Assembly (NCBI RefSeq): GCF_963921235.1
Contig: NC_086111.1
Location: 59,644,001 to 59,708,000, forward strand
DNA: 64,000 bases
DNA from: Mobula hypostoma
Taxonomy: Eukaryota
Direction of reading: 5' to 3'
How positions within the stretch are numbered: the stretch's first letter is position 1; every line of letters starts with the position of its first letter. A model generated the notes under the pieces. It was not told where the DNA came from and ran no database searches. It was given only the letters and a program-made list of their open reading frames with translations. Shown in pieces: positions 48,923-63,054 of the stretch. The position numbers and the translations under genes are program-made.

Positions 48923-51900
48923 GATGAAATCTAATCTGAAATATTATGGCATTAAAAACTGTTTAGCATTATACCAAAGAAATAGTCACCACTTGAAGTG
49001 GCAGCAAATCTGAAGTTAGCCTGCAGTAAATTTCTCTAGCATTTTAAATCACTGCACACAATACACACTTTATTCAAGGCCAAGTACACAATCTTACTTG
49101 AGTAAGACCCAAAATAATTTCCCTTCCCCAAAACACATGTTGGATTTGGGAACAAAAAAAAAAAGAGGAAATGAATCCATTAAGTTAAACTATTTAGTAA
49201 AATAATAGTTTAGAGAACAATTCATAGGATTCAGACACGCTACCATACACATGAAGCATCCAGTCCAAAAATGACACTGCTTAAGCTTGACCTTTCCCAA
49301 ACTATTTATAAATAAGTGATGCTTCAATAGGAGTCAACTTGACAGACCTAGATACAGTGAACCTCATGGCTCAGTTGATGACATTTCATCGATTCCTTGA
49401 AACTCACAAGAAAATCTGAGAAGGGCTGTGCTTATAACAATGTGGAAATACTGCTAGTTTAGCACCAGTCTCATGCATACCATATTTGAGGTTTAATTTA
49501 TCCATTTTCAGTAAAATTATTTCAGCTTGGATTAAACTATGAAAAAGGATTAAAAAAATATGAGCAGCTGATTTATAGGATATATAACAGCTACTATTTC
49601 ATTTCAATGTGCTTTTAGTAGGAATTCAATTATTGTTGCATGTACCAAGATCATGCAAAACTTTTGTATGCTGCTCATACGGATCAAATTGTTATGTAGC
49701 ACATTGCTGGCCATTAAATCACCCTTAATGCAGCTGAGTGGCAGACGAAAAGTTTGAGTGTATAAGATAATGGGTTACAGGAAATGGGCAAGGCAATGAA
49801 ATTGAAGGATCATTCCAATACAACAAAGAGCCAATAAGCCAAATGGTTCCCGTAATAAGCACAAGAAATGCAAAACTTGGGTGTCAAGTCTAAATAAATC
49901 TTTGGATGTGTTGTTTATAAGGAAAATACAGTGAAAGGTATATAGGACAGAAACAGCAAGCATTTAATGAAAAAAAGCCAAAGTTGGAGAAAAACAATAC
50001 TCCCTCGAGACAAATCCCTAACAGGAAAAGGAGGCCATTGGTTGATAACTATTAATACATGGAAATAGCAATCCAGTTGTCAAATAACAATAAAAACCAC
50101 AAATGGCACATTGGTTTTATTGCCAAGATGGATTTGGGACATAGGAAAGTTTGTTACAATTGTACAGGGCCCTGGCCACACATGATATGCCCAAGAAATG
50201 TAGCATTGGAAGCAGTCCAAAAGTAACTCAGTTGAATTCCTCAGATGAGGCGGCTGCCTTATTAAGAGTAACAGGTTAGGTATGTGTGCTTTTAAGACTA
50301 GAATGAATTATGATTTTTCTAAAATACATGATTTCAAGCCACTGATCATTTAAAGCCAAGAATGGTGAACCTGTCTTAGGTGTTATAGATGACTGCATAT
50401 TAAAAACATTTAAAGTACAAATTTAAAGATCAGCAATGATCATATCAAATAGCAGGACAGGTTTGAGGGACCAGGAAGCCAACTCATTTTCTTGTGCTCT
50501 TGTAACCTCCATCCTGTATTAGCCACCTTCACCTTTGCTTTAATCCTTTTTTCCAGCAACTTCCAGCAATACCAGCTATCACTCAAGGGTGAAATGTAAG
50601 CAAAGTTCCACAGCCAAGGGCCTGACAACTCTTTATTCAAAACTTAAAGCTAATGCACAAAACCTGTTAAATGAAAATGATAGATATTGCACAACAAGCA
50701 GAAGCACTTTTGCTTTCATCCAACACTACCAAAAGGCAACACAACATGGAAAACATTGACTATACATCATTGTGATTTAGCACACAAATCCTACGAAATC
50801 TATTGTGTTCTTAAACTTTATTCCCTTATCTGACATTTAATTCTGAAATTGCACTAATAGAAAACAAAGATAAATCAAATTGTGACCTTTTCATTTTCAT
50901 GTACCTTCCTCTTCCTTTTATGTAAAAAACAGACTGCACATTTCAATGTGATCCTCCAGCCTGCTTTTGACTTCTCTAATCTTGCATACCATGAACATCT
51001 ACAGTGGCTTATAGGCCCTTTTACTGTCATTAATGCTACAAATAAAAAGTCATTTAGATCATAATGCCAACATTAATTCCAGCCACAGTTGCAAATAAAA
51101 GGGCTCATTTTTGTTACTTCCAAACACTAGTGATAAAGGCTTCCTTTCCCAACTCATTATTCAGGTTATGTTATCTCATTTTCCTCAGACTCCAAAAACT
51201 GATCATTTCTGGCTTACATTTGAGACAGTCAACTTTGGAGGGTTAACACCCCCAAAATGTAACATTTAACAATCTGTTACAAAAAAAACTGGGTGCAAAA
51301 TTAAAGCTGATTGCTGTACAAGCCTCAAATTATGTTGCCAGCAAGTTATGAGAGGTGAGCATTTTAACTATGAAAATGCTTGTAGAGATGTTCTTGTGTA
51401 TCGGCAGCAACTAGCTAATTTTTAAGTCAAGATGTTTTAAATTTTGTCTTGGTCCTTTCCAAAGAATAAAATGGTTCAAGTAACCCAGCTGCCATTTAGA
51501 TAGAGAATAGCAGGTAGCAAAATGATGCAAGGCTACACTGAAATCTGCCACAAGTCACTTGGTTTTACAAATGCCACTGGAACTTGCCTTGCACCTTGAC
51601 AACCTTATGTGCACAGTATATTGTATGTGGAATCTGTTCTTTTGGTTTATTGTCCCAAGCAGTGGCAGAATTGAAGCCCTAGAAAGATAATCATATGGAC
51701 ACAATCCACAGAAATGCAACTGAAAGAAGTCACGATAAAATAGAAAGCAAAAAATTACAAAATTCAAACCAAGAAATACTGCAAATTAAATCTGATGCAC
51801 TGTAATTTGAAGTTAATTTCTATTCAGGAGTGAATTTTGGAGAAGTATCCATCCATTCTTAGACACAGAACAGAATTCTGAAATACAAATGTAAGAGTTT

Positions 51901-52759
51901 GAGAAAAATAAATTGCTGTATTGCATTAAAGGAGCATTGCAAAAAGAAAGAATATTTATTTGTGCTAGCTGAATCCTTGCACACTTTAGGAAATAAATTG
52001 TAGACATGAAACTTGCATTAGAAAAGAACACAAAGTAATTTTCCTGTGTAGACCAATTTGAACATTTCCCACAGAACAGCTCTCACTCTAACTAGGTTTT
52101 AAAATTATATCCCAAATAAAAGGCACAAAAATCAGCTACAGAAAGTACAACCTGAAGCTGGCAAAGGAGACCAAAATAGTTTTACAGTCATGTTAATTTA
52201 TGGAGTTTTGTAAAATATAGTATTATCCAATTTGCTTTTATGAGTGCACATCAACGTTTTTCAGTGACACCACAATAATTGTAATATCACAGCACTACCA
52301 AATACTAATTTACATTGCAAGTTAAATATGCATTCCTAATGACATACTGCACTTGGTTTACAATACTCCCACCTCGTATTACTGCAAATAAGTGACAGTC
52401 TTCAAATGGCACAGAAACAAAGGTAAACCTCGAATAAAATTAGTAGTTGCCTTATGGCTCTGGTGAGATTAAAAACTGTATGTACATCATCTGAAACCAG
52501 ATAAAAATCATTTCACAAATTAAACGTTTGCACTTAAAAATAAGTATGCAGCCTCCAGCCAAACGTTTGTAGCACGTTTTATTTTAACCTACTAGCCATG
52601 ACACTCACCCACGTGGAACATTTCAAGCCCCATTCCCTTTCCCGCCAAACGCAGGTCCATTCAGTTTTCGGGTTAAAAAGAGTTTTGAGGAATGACTGTG
52701 CATAGCGTTTTCTATATTGAATCGTGCTATTTATACCAAAGATTTATTTTAAAATGTGG

Positions 52760-53700
52760 AGGGAAAAAAACGTCAGCGCCAGTGAATACGGGCCTATCCG
52801 AACGACTCCAATCTCAACGTTTCTAAAACCTGCCGGTTCGTCATGAAGTATTGCAGCACCGACAGCCGTCCCGGTTCATGACTGGTCCCGTCCTCCTTCT
52901 CACGTGTGAGAGTGAGCTAGTCCCAGTAAGGACAGACTCCACAGGTAAGCTGCCACACACTATCCCGCTACACGCACCGAGGCCTAAGAGCACAGGAGTG
53001 CCTTGGCTCAGAAGGCCTTCCGAAGTAGGCGGCAGGCAAGTCCTTGGGCCAATGCCGGAGGCAGACCACCAAGGCAGGGAAGGCGGAACTGAGCAGCCAA
53101 GATCGAAGGAGGGAGGCCCAGGCTCCAGTGGGCCCAGCAGCCTGACGCACAGGCCGCAATGCGCCGTCAGAAATTCACTTGTTTACCTCAGCACTTCTTT
53201 AGCGTTTAACCCTTGGGAGTCCACCAGCACACTTTAACCCTTGAAACAAGGAAGGGAACCAGGCCCGCTCCGCCACACCTATGTCAACTCCGGGCGGCGT
53301 TTTTCCCTCACTCAACCCTCGCCAACTCCAGCACCGCGCCGCGCCCCACACTCACCGCCCGGTTGCCTTCACCCCGACTTTCGCCTTTCCTCGCTCCGTA
53401 GCCTCATGCGGTTTGCACACGACCGTCCGACGAAAAGTCCCACCCTCTGCACACGGCACACGCTCCACTGCCCACCAATCAATTTATCGCAATGCCGAAC
53501 GCCGCTATGTGGATTGGACAGGATCAATGCCACTCTGCCTCCAGTTGTACCCGCCCCTCGAGCCCTGCGGGACCAATCACATGCTAAGTCTCAGCGCCTG
53601 TGCAGTGTGTTGCATTCGGGCTGCTTTCAAATTTTTTTCAGGTGAGTGCTTGCCGGGTCGTCCTGTTTGTGCTTTTAATTCTCGTATCTTGATGGTTTAA
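52760..53700 (-). promoter_or_regulatory. CNBP: CNBP CpG island, promoter and non-coding first exon
   Basis: CpG-rich. CCAAT/ATTGG near 53475, 53512 and 53573; GC box CCGCCC near 53550. Candidate minus-strand donors GCG|gtgagt (exon end 53356) and GAG|gtaaac (exon end 53187). Confidence 0.75.
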
Positions 53701-54186
53701 GCTAAAAACATAGTGCTATTCTCGTAGAATGCTTTCTTTATATGTTAGCAATAGATCCATCTACTTTAAAAATCTGATAAATATCCTTGTCAAGTGGGTA
53801 CGCGTTGAATATCGGGGGTTGTAGTTTTACTGAGTTGCAACGAGGTCCAGTTTGAGAGGGTAGTGAGCCAGATAATCACCCCTCTCCCAATCGCGACTCT
53901 TTAATTCTGTTATGTGGGAATGCAACCACTGTATCTATGTCATTTTGTCTTCAGATGGTGAAACTTACTAGTCAACTTCCCGTGCTGTTATATGGTTGAG
54001 TTGAGGTCAGAAGGCGGGTTAGATTTGTTTTAGGGGAGCAGAGATGATCCAGACTGTATTTTAAACTAATCCTTTTTTTTGATGTCATTGTTTTGTATTC
54101 ATCGGATAATTAATATTATATTGCCGCAGAGTAGTTTCACGAGTACAGACTGAGGAACTACTGGCAGAAGGATCTTGTAAAGTGTA

Positions 54187-56726
54187 AACAACAGGAATTC
54201 TGCAGATGCTGGAAATTCAAGCAACATACATCAAAGTTGCTGGTGAACGCAGCAGGCCAGGCAGCATCTCTAGGAAGAGGTGCAGTCGACGTTTCAGGCC
54301 GAGACCCTTCGTCAGGACTAACTGAAGGAAGAGTGAGTAAGAGATTTGAAAGTGGGAGGAGGAGGGGGAGATCCAAAATGATAGGAGAAGACAGGAGGGG
54401 GAGGGATGGAGCCAAGAGCTGGACAGGTGATTGGCAAAGGGGATATGAGAGGATCATGGGACAGGAGGCCCAGGGAGAAAGATGGGGGGGGGGCACCCAA
54501 AGGATGGGCAAGGGGTATAGTCAGAGGGACAGAGGGAGAAAGAGGAGAGAGAGAGAAAGAATGTGTGTATATAAATAAATAACGGATGGGGTACGGGGGG
54601 GGGTGCATTAGCGGAAGTTAGAGAAGTCAATGTTCATGCCATCAGGTTGGAGGCTACCCAGACGGAATATAAGGTGTTGTTCCTCCAACCTGAGTGTGGC
54701 TTCAGCTTTACAGTAGAGGAGGCCGTGGATAGACATGTCAGAATGGGAATGGGATGTGGAATTAAAATGTGTGGCCACTGGGAGATCCTGCTTTCTCTAG
54801 GGGACAGAGTGTAGGTGTTCAGCAAAGCGGTCTCCCAGTCTGCATCGGGTCTCGCCAGTATATAGAAGGCCACATCGGGGGCATCGAACGCAGTATATCA
54901 CCCCAGCCGACTCACAGGTGAAGTGTCGCCTCACCTGGAAGGACTGTCTGGGGCCCTGAATGGTGGTAAGGGAGGAAGTGTAAGGGCATGTGTAGCACTT
55001 GTTCCGCTTACAAGGATAAGTGCCAGGAGGGAGATCAGTGGGGAGGGATGGGGGGGACAAATGGACAAGGGAGTCGCGTAGGGAGCGATCCCTGCGGAAA
55101 GCGGGGGGGGGGGGAAGATGTGCTTAGTGGTGGGATCCCGTTGGAGGTGGCGGAAGTTACGGAGAATAATATGTTGGACCCGGAGGCTGGTGGGGTGGTA
55201 GGTGAGGACCAGGGGAACCCTATTTCTAGTGGGGTGGCGGGAGGATGGAGTGAGAGCAGATGTGCGTGAAATGGGGGAGATGCGTTTGAGAGCAGAGTTG
55301 ATGGTGGAGGAAGGGAAGTCCCTTTCTTTAAAAAAGGAGGACATCTCCCTCGTCCTGGAATGAAAAGCCTCATCCTGAGAGCAGATGTGGCAGAGACGGA
55401 GGAATTGCGAGAAGGGGATGGCATTTTTGCAAGAGACAGGATGAGAATAGGAATAGTCCAGATAGCTGTGAGAGTCAGTAGGCTTATAGTAGACATCAGT
55501 GGATAAGCTGTCTCCAGAGACAGAGACAGAAAGATCTAGAAAGGGGAGGGAGGTGTCGGAAATGGACCAGGTAAACTTGAGGGCAGGGTGAAAGTTGGAG
55601 GCAAAGTTAATAAAGTCAACGAGCTCAGCATGTGTGCAGGAAGCAGCACCAATACAGTCATCGATGTAGCAAAGGAAAAGTGGGGGACAGATACCAGAAT
55701 AGGTACGGAACATAGATTGTTCCACAAAGCCAACAAAAAGGCGGGCATAGCTAGGACCCATACGGGTGCCCATAGCTACACCTTTAGTTTGGAGGAAGTG
55801 GGAGGAGCCAAAGGAGAAATTATTAAGAGTAAGGACTAATTCCGCTAGACGGAGCAGAGTGGTGGTACAGGGGAACTGATTAGGTCTGGAATCCAAAAAG
55901 AAGCGTAGAGCTTTGAGACCTTCCTGATTGGGGATGGAGGTATATAGGGACTGAACATCCATGGTGAAAATAAAGCGGTGGGGGCCAGGGAACTTAAAAT
56001 CATCGAAAAGTTTAAGAGCGTGAGAAGTGTCACGAACATAGGTAGGAAGGGATTGAACAAGCGGGGGGGATAAAACCGTGTCGAGGTATGCAGAAACGAG
56101 TTTGGTGGGGCAGGAGCAAGCTGAGACAACAGGTCTGCCAGGACAGGCAGGTTTGTGGATCTTGGGTAGGAGGTAGAAACGGGAAGTGCCGGGTGTGGGA
56201 ACTATAAGGTTGGTAGCAGTGGATGGGAGATCCCCTGAGCGGATAAAGTCGGTGATGGTGTGGGAGACAATGGCCTGGTGCTCCTTAGTGGGGTCACGAT
56301 CGAGGGGTAAATAAGAGGAGGTATCCGCGAGTTGTCGCTGTGCCTCGGCAAGGTAGAGGTCAGCACGCCAGACTACAACAGCACCACCCTTATCGGCGGG
56401 TTTAATAGTAAGGTTAGGATTAGTGCGGAGGAACTGGAGAGCAGAGCATTCGGAAGGAGTGAGGTTGGAATGGGAACAAGGTGTGGTGAAGTCGAGACAG
56501 TTGATGTCCCGTCGGCAGTTAGCGATAAAGAGATCCAGAGCAGGCAGAAGACCAGAGCGGGGTGTCCATGAAGAAGAGGAGGGTTGAAGACGGGAGAAGG
56601 GGTCATCGGTGGGGTTGGAAGAGTCCTTGCCGAAGAAGTAGGCTCGGAGACGGAGACGGCGGAAGAAGAGTTCAGCATCATGGCGAACACGGAACTCGCT
56701 GAGGTGTGGGCAAAGGGGGACAAAGG
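54187..56726 (-). mobile_element. PLE copy D (2.54 kb, longest copy, 5'-truncated), upstream of the CNBP promoter
   Basis: ORF 54931-56751 has KPADKGGAVVV, FYLLPKIHK, GRPVVS, DVQSLYTSI and YIDD. Frameshift near 55100 and a premature stop at 54797-54799 in the endonuclease. TSD TGTAAAGTGTA at 54176-54186 and 56727-56737. Confidence 0.93.
54283..54320 (-). ncRNA. Minimal hammerhead ribozyme, PLE copy D
   Basis: Same sequence as in copies A-C. Confidence 0.85.
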
Positions 56727-57659
56727 TGTAAAGTGTATTCGACGGGTTCATAACCTCTGAAATGAGTTACAGGATGTGCAGATAGATGCACAGCAGATGT
56801 CTCACAACCTCAAAACGAGAAATTTAGTGAAGGATTCTTCACAGGCTGCCTCTGAAACTTTCTACAAAATGTCCCAATCCCGAGAGCAGTCATGAAGTAA
56901 TCAATGCTTCAAACCAGTATTACATACGTAGCTTACATGGATGATAAGCGTATCCCAGTATATGGTCCAGAATATTTTTAATGGAGCTTGATTTCCTTAA
57001 TGATTTTGTTTAATGAGCAATAATTTATTAAAGTATATATCTATTAAATGTTGATTTCTTATCAGAAAAGTTGTGTTTGTACTCTTATTCTGATAAAGAT
57101 AGCACTGATGAAATTGTGGGATTAATTTACCAAAAAAAAAGTTTTGAATAAGAGTAATAAAACTGCAGATAAATAATATCTACTTTCAAATAATCTGGGG
57201 ACTTTCAAAGGTCTTGTGCAGGAAATAAAACTGTTTGAAGTTTGAAAGATGGACAGCAAATTTCAGGAATGGCCATGATCCTAGATGTGATTGAGTGGGA
57301 GGCCAAAGAACTGGTGATATTCCAAAATGTGAAGTCTGTTCATTGATGTTGCCTACTCAGTGAACCATTGTTCATTGATGGGTACCCATGATTAAGGCCA
57401 GATATTTCAGAATCTGTACATTTTGATCATAATTTTAATAGCCTGAGTCATGCATTACACCTTAATTGTTTTATTATTCAGATGGTAGTCAACTGGTTGT
57501 GAATTTTTCATAAAAAGTGGAGGAAAAGGATGTTAGAAATATATAATGTATCTAAATTCAGGGATTAGCTTTTTGGTATCATGCCAATGTCCTGTAGATA
57601 CCAGATGGATATTGAATCAGGTTCTACTTATTATCTTACTATTTGCTGGATTCTAAATA

Positions 57660-58470
57660 CTTTTAAGATATTTTTAAATTATTTCATTTTGCCTATATCT
57701 CACTGGAACTCATGTGTTCTACAGATGTACCATGGAGAGCATTCAAACCGGCTACATCACCCTCCGGTATGCGGGGGATCACAGCACAGGATTGAAACAA
57801 GCTGCAGTTCATTATGGCCACCAGCCTCTGTAGTATCCGGGACATCTTCAAGGGGCGATGCTTCAAAAAAGCAGCATCCATCATTAAGGACATGCCTTGT
57901 TCACATTGCTACCATCAGGAAGGAGGTACAGAACCTGAAGGCACACACTCAGTGATTCAGGAACAGCTCCTTTCCCTCTGCCGTCCGATTTCTAAATGGA
58001 CATTGAACCCACAAACACTACCTCACTACTTTTTTATTTCTATTTTTGCATTACTTATTTAATTTAACTATTTAATATATATATTTACTGTAATTCACAG
58101 TTTTAAAATCAATTATTATGTACTGCAGACCTGGCTGGTGGCGTAGTGGCATCAGTGCCGGACTTCAGAACGAAAGATCCCGAGTTCGAATCCAGCCGGC
58201 TCCCCTGCATGTTTTCCATCCGTGCAGGGTTATGAGCTGGTGATCTCTTTGGAAACTCACCCAGCGGAAGGCAGTGGCAAACCACTGCCGTAACTTGCCT
58301 CGCACACGGTTGCCCACTAAGTCAGAGAGGTGTAGAAGGAAATCGCCCGCTAACTGGAGAAACCCCGGATGTGACATACCTTTTTTTTAAATTATGTACT
58401 GCATTGTACAGCTGCCAAAACAGAACAAATATCATGACATATGCCAGTGATATTAAACCTGATTCTGATT
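57660..58470 (+). mobile_element. Rex1/Babar LINE 3' fragment interrupted by a SINE
   Basis: RCFKKAASIIKD motif; tail attaaacctgattctgatt; homologous to about 17700-18280. Confidence 0.8.
58128..58390 (+). mobile_element. tRNA-derived SINE with a 13-bp TSD
   Basis: TGGCGTAGTGG A box, GTTCGAATC B box, T-run tail; ATTATGTACTGCA at 58115-58127 and 58391-58403. Confidence 0.85.
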
Positions 58471-59034
58471 ACTTAGCTTTACTTTGGGAGTATCAATTTG
58501 TCCTGTGATTTGTGATGTGAATTTGAATAACGTGATTATTTCTTAGCTTTCTATATAAACAACTTGGCTTTATGGGAAAATCGACTTGTTTATCCAGGAC
58601 CAGTGCATCATTTAGTTCCCAGCTTCCCAAAAATAATCCATAATTGATCACATTTTCTATGCTGTTGTGGAAGTTAGAAATTTGCGGGATCAGTGAATCT
58701 ACATCATTCTAACAAGAACTTGCACCGTTTTATATTGCAAAATCTTAGTGGGCACTTTATAGGAGCTTAAAATATTACAAAACACTTAATAGGAGTATTA
58801 TCAGAGTATAAATAGGAGTATCAATTAAAAATTGATGGGTTTATAAACTATACTTTAAGACACATACCAAAAACGTGCTTAAGTAGATTTTAAGGGATGT
58901 CTTAAAGTTCAAGAGAGAAGTGGGGAAGTTTTGGGAAGTAATTTCAGAATTTTGGAATAACTGAAGACATTACTGTCAATAATGATTGTGGAGAATGTAC
59001 AGAAATACAGAACAAGTATTTTTCCATTTTTAAG

Positions 59035-59230
59035 GGAGGCATATTGGAGTAGTGGTTAGGGCAGTGCTGATATAGACCAGTGACAGGGGTTCATTTCCCG
59101 CCACTGTGTAAGGACTTTCTATCTTCTCCCCATGATCTTGTGGGTTCCTGCCAGGTACTCCGGTTTCCTGCCACAATCCAAGGGCCTATGCATTAGTAGG
59201 ATATGAGTGTAGTTGGGTGGCGCAGGCTTG
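59035..59230 (+). mobile_element. Degenerate tRNA-derived SINE
   Basis: Homologous to 21866-22130. Confidence 0.55.
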
Positions 59231-59464
59231 TTGGGCCAGAGGGGCCTCTAAATTTATATTCATTCACCATCCGTTCGCTTAAACTCTACAAGTCTTTGAA
59301 ACTTCTCTGTATCCTCACAGCCCGGTGTGCCACATAGCTTTACAGTAACTCCAAACCTGTATATACTCTACTTGGATCCCTTATCCAGTTCATTTGTTAT
59401 GAATTGTACACAGCTGGAAACCCCACCCAATCCCTGCAACACTGTGGTAGTCGGAATCCCACAT

Positions 59465-59939
59465 GATTGATTCCTGGGATGGCAGGACTTTCGTATGATG
59501 AAAGACTGGATCGACTAGGCTTGTACTCTGGAATTTAGAACATTGAGGGGGGATCTGATTGAAATGTATAAAATTCTAAAGGGATTGGATAGGCTAGATG
59601 CAGGAAGATTGTTCCCGATGTTGGGGAAGTCCAAAATGAGGAGTCACAGTTTGAGGATAAAGGGGAAGCCTTTTAGGACCGAGATGAGGAAAAACTTCTT
59701 CACACAGAGACTGGTGAATTTGTGGAATTCTCTGCCACAGGAAACAGTTGAGGCCATTTCATTGGCTATATTTAAGAGGGAGTTAGATATGGCCCTTGTG
59801 GCTAAAGGGATCAGTGGGTATAGAGAGAAGGCAGGTACAGGATTCTGAGTTGGATGATCAGCCATGATCGTACTGAATGGCGGTGCAGGCTCGAAGGACC
59901 GAATGGCCTACTCCTGCACCTATTTTCTATGTTTCTATG
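59465..59939 (+). mobile_element. CR1 LINE 3' end (relatively young)
   Basis: ORF 59543-59848 (RGDLIEMYKILKGLDRLD…RKNFFTQRLVNLWNSLP); tail ttctatgtttctatg. Confidence 0.9.
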
Positions 59940-60914
59940 AAAATAAGATGAAGGTAATTCTTACTTTTTTCTGACAGTCCTTAATACAGGCTGGTTTATT
60001 ACTGCGTAATCTAATTTTGTTGAGTGATATTTTACATCAAAGGCCTTCTGAAGGTCTAAATCCATAATGTTAACCAGTTCGACCTGACCTATTCTGGTAG
60101 TTAAAACCTCAAATAGCTATAACAGATTTGTCACACATGAATTCCCTTGTATACATCTATGCTAACTGCCCAATCCTATTATTTTCTAAATACCTTGTTG
60201 CCACTTTCTCGATAATAGATTCAATATGCTCATATTAATTTCAGGTAACTGTTCCTTTTACATGCAACTCTTACAATTGTGTTTCTGTTTCTCATCAGCC
60301 TACTACACGCCCTTTCTTTATCGATGATGTGGATCTTTGCTGAATTATGAAAATTTCTCAACCCTCTGGTTGTGGGGGAGGTTGTTTGTTTCTTTCTGCT
60401 ACGTCAGTTTTAACTTCTTTCTATACCGGAACTGAACTGCTCGTCCATTTTTTTTTTGGCTTAAAGGCATATACAGGTTTCCCAGTTTACAAACATATGA
60501 GAGAACTGTGGTATCAAGCTGCTGGCTGCTCTAGGCATCCTCTGCTGTCTGGGAATCTGGTTGGGGACTCCTTTTCCAGCTTTAAGTCAGAATCAGAATC
60601 AGGCTTATTATCACTGGGATGCGTTGTGAAATTTGTTAACTTAGGAGTTATGAATAGTTCACAGGTATGGAACTCTTCCATAACCTGGGGGCAACCTGTA
60701 TACTCCAAATTAAGCCATTTTATGCTTTGAACTTCCTTTGCTTTGTTTGGATTTAATCTGTTTTCGATTTGAACTAAATAATTATGGATGTTCAAATAAA
60801 ATTCTGTCATAATATAATTCGTTTCCTAAAGGCCTCTTATTTACCAGAACTTCAGTGAACTCTTTCACACTACACAATACTAGATCTAAAATAGCCTTTC
60901 TTGGATGAGTTCCT

Positions 60915-61350
60915 CTTCTCACTCTCTTCTCACTGCTGCCATCATGAAAAAGGCCCAGGAGCCTCAGGACTCTCACTACCAGGTTCAGGAACAGTTATCA
61001 CCCCTCAACCATCAGGCTTTTGAACCAAAGGAGATAACTTCACTCACCCCCATCACTGAAATGTTCCCACAATCAATGGACTCAAGGACTCTTCATCTCA
61101 TGCTCTTGATATTTAATGCTTATTTATTTATTTATTCATTCAGTCATTCACTCATTCATTCTTTTTATATTTGCACAGTTTATTGTCTTCTGCAGTCTGG
61201 TTGAACGCCCTAGTTGGGGACTCTTTCGTTGATTCTGTTATGGTTATTTTTCTATGGATTTATTGAGTACATCTACAAGAAAATGTATCTGAGGGTTTTA
61301 TATGGTGACATAAATGTACCTTGATAATAAAATTACTTTGAACTTCGAAC
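60915..61350 (+). mobile_element. Rex1-like LINE 3' fragment
   Basis: ctcactgctgccatc…ccaggttcaggaacagtta…; tail gataataaaattactttgaac. Confidence 0.65.
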
Positions 61351-62507
61351 ATACTGATCTGGAAAATTATCACTCCTTTATATTATTCCTAATTTGGTTT
61401 GCACCATCTTTATATGTAGTTTAAAGTCTTCCATGACTATTTGAATTATCACTGTTAATACAGTGTATAATATTGTGCCCTGCACTTTTACCACAGTTTG
61501 GGGGCCTTGAGACAAAATGATTGTTCTTCTATGTGACAATCACAACTGACCTACACTCTTTTCCAAGCGTTGCTGCATTTGGTTTATTGACACTTCTTAC
61601 CCAGGATATTTTACCACTTGTCATCTTCTAATGATGAGCAGAAACCGGATATCTGACCTGGAAGCTGCCTGGGTTGCATGGCACTTAACTGCGTTCGATG
61701 AAGGTAGATGACTTGGCAAAGGTGCACTCTGATCAAGGGACTATCAACCTTTTGGTGGGTCCATGCATCAATCAAACTGGTCATTGCTGGGGCATTGAAT
61801 TCCTGTGTAGCTTAGCATCCTGGCGGAATCAACAGCCCATGGTCCCTACTTCCATCTGTCCTTGTAATCCCAGTACGAGTCAACATTTGGAGAGCAAGAT
61901 GAATGTGAAGATTATTATGCTGCTGTCTTGTAATTTTAACTGCACTTGATACTATAAAATTGGTCATTTCTTTGTTCTATGTATACAAAACTGAGATTAT
62001 AGTAATTATTTTTATCAGGGACAAATTTATTTCGACACTTACTTATAATCTTGCACTTAACTACTTGAAAAATAAAGCTTTCTAGTGTGTTATTTTGGAT
62101 CTGCCAGCTTCCAATTTTAGTCCTAATGCAGAGTTAATTGGAAGCTATGAAGTTAATTATAATGGGTGCTGCCTGTTACTGTGCATAATATTAAAAGCTA
62201 TAATTTAAAGATGAGTAGGCATGAAAGATAATATTCAGTGTAAGAATCCGAGTATATAACAATGGGTTATTTAAGCATTTAACCTGTTGGTTCATTCGGG
62301 AGACCCATGGAAGGCTAGAAAAGAAATTCTGGGAGCCCAGAGATATTTTATTTGCATCATTGTCAGCTGCAGGTGAGGTTCCTACAGCCTGGAGGGTAGC
62401 AAGTGTTGTACTTTTATTCAAGAAGTGTGGCAAAGAAAATCTGAGGATCAATAAGTCTAACACCTTTGTTAGAGGATTCAGAGCAATACGACAGTCATAT
62501 ATATGCC

Positions 62508-63015
62508 CAGTGGCCATGTTGTTAGATACACCAGTACGCCTTGTTAATACAAATATGTAATCAGCCAATCATGTGGCAGCAACTCAGTGCATAAAAGCAT
62601 GCAGGCATGGTCAAGAGGTTCAGTCATTGTTCAGACCAAACATCTGAATGGGGTTCTACGTGACTTTGATCGTGGGAGGATTGCTGGTGCCGGGTGCAGT
62701 GGTTTGAACATTTCAGAAACTGCTGATCTCCTGGGATTTTCACGCACAATGATCTCTAGAATTTACAGAGAATGGTGCAAGAAACATAAGACATCCTGTA
62801 AGCGGCAGTTCTGTGGGCAAAGTTACCTTGTTAATGAAAGAGGTCAGAGGAGAGTGACCAGACTGGTTCAAGCTGGCAGGAAGGCAACAGTAACTCAAAT
62901 AACCACACGTTACAACAGTGGTGTACAGAAGAGCATCACTAAACGCACAACCTTGAAGTTGATGGGTTACAGCAGTAAAAGACCATGAACATACACACAG
63001 TGGCCACTCAAATGA
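62508..63015 (+). mobile_element. Tc1-like transposon remnant (N-terminal HTH region)
   Basis: ORF 62587-62988 (DFDRGRIAGA..SGLNISETADLLGFSRTMISRIYREW…LVNERGQRRVTRLVQ) resembles the Tc1 paired HTH domain; cagtggcca motif at both ends. Confidence 0.8.
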
Positions 63016-63054
63016 AGTGATCACTGACTGTATATCTGGAAAGACAGGAGATGA

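Noticed and set aside
48936-53355. (CCTG)n/(TG)n repeat tract equivalent to the human myotonic dystrophy type 2 repeat in CNBP intron 1
   Set aside because: No CAGG/CCTG or long CA/TG microsatellite is visible in this intron.
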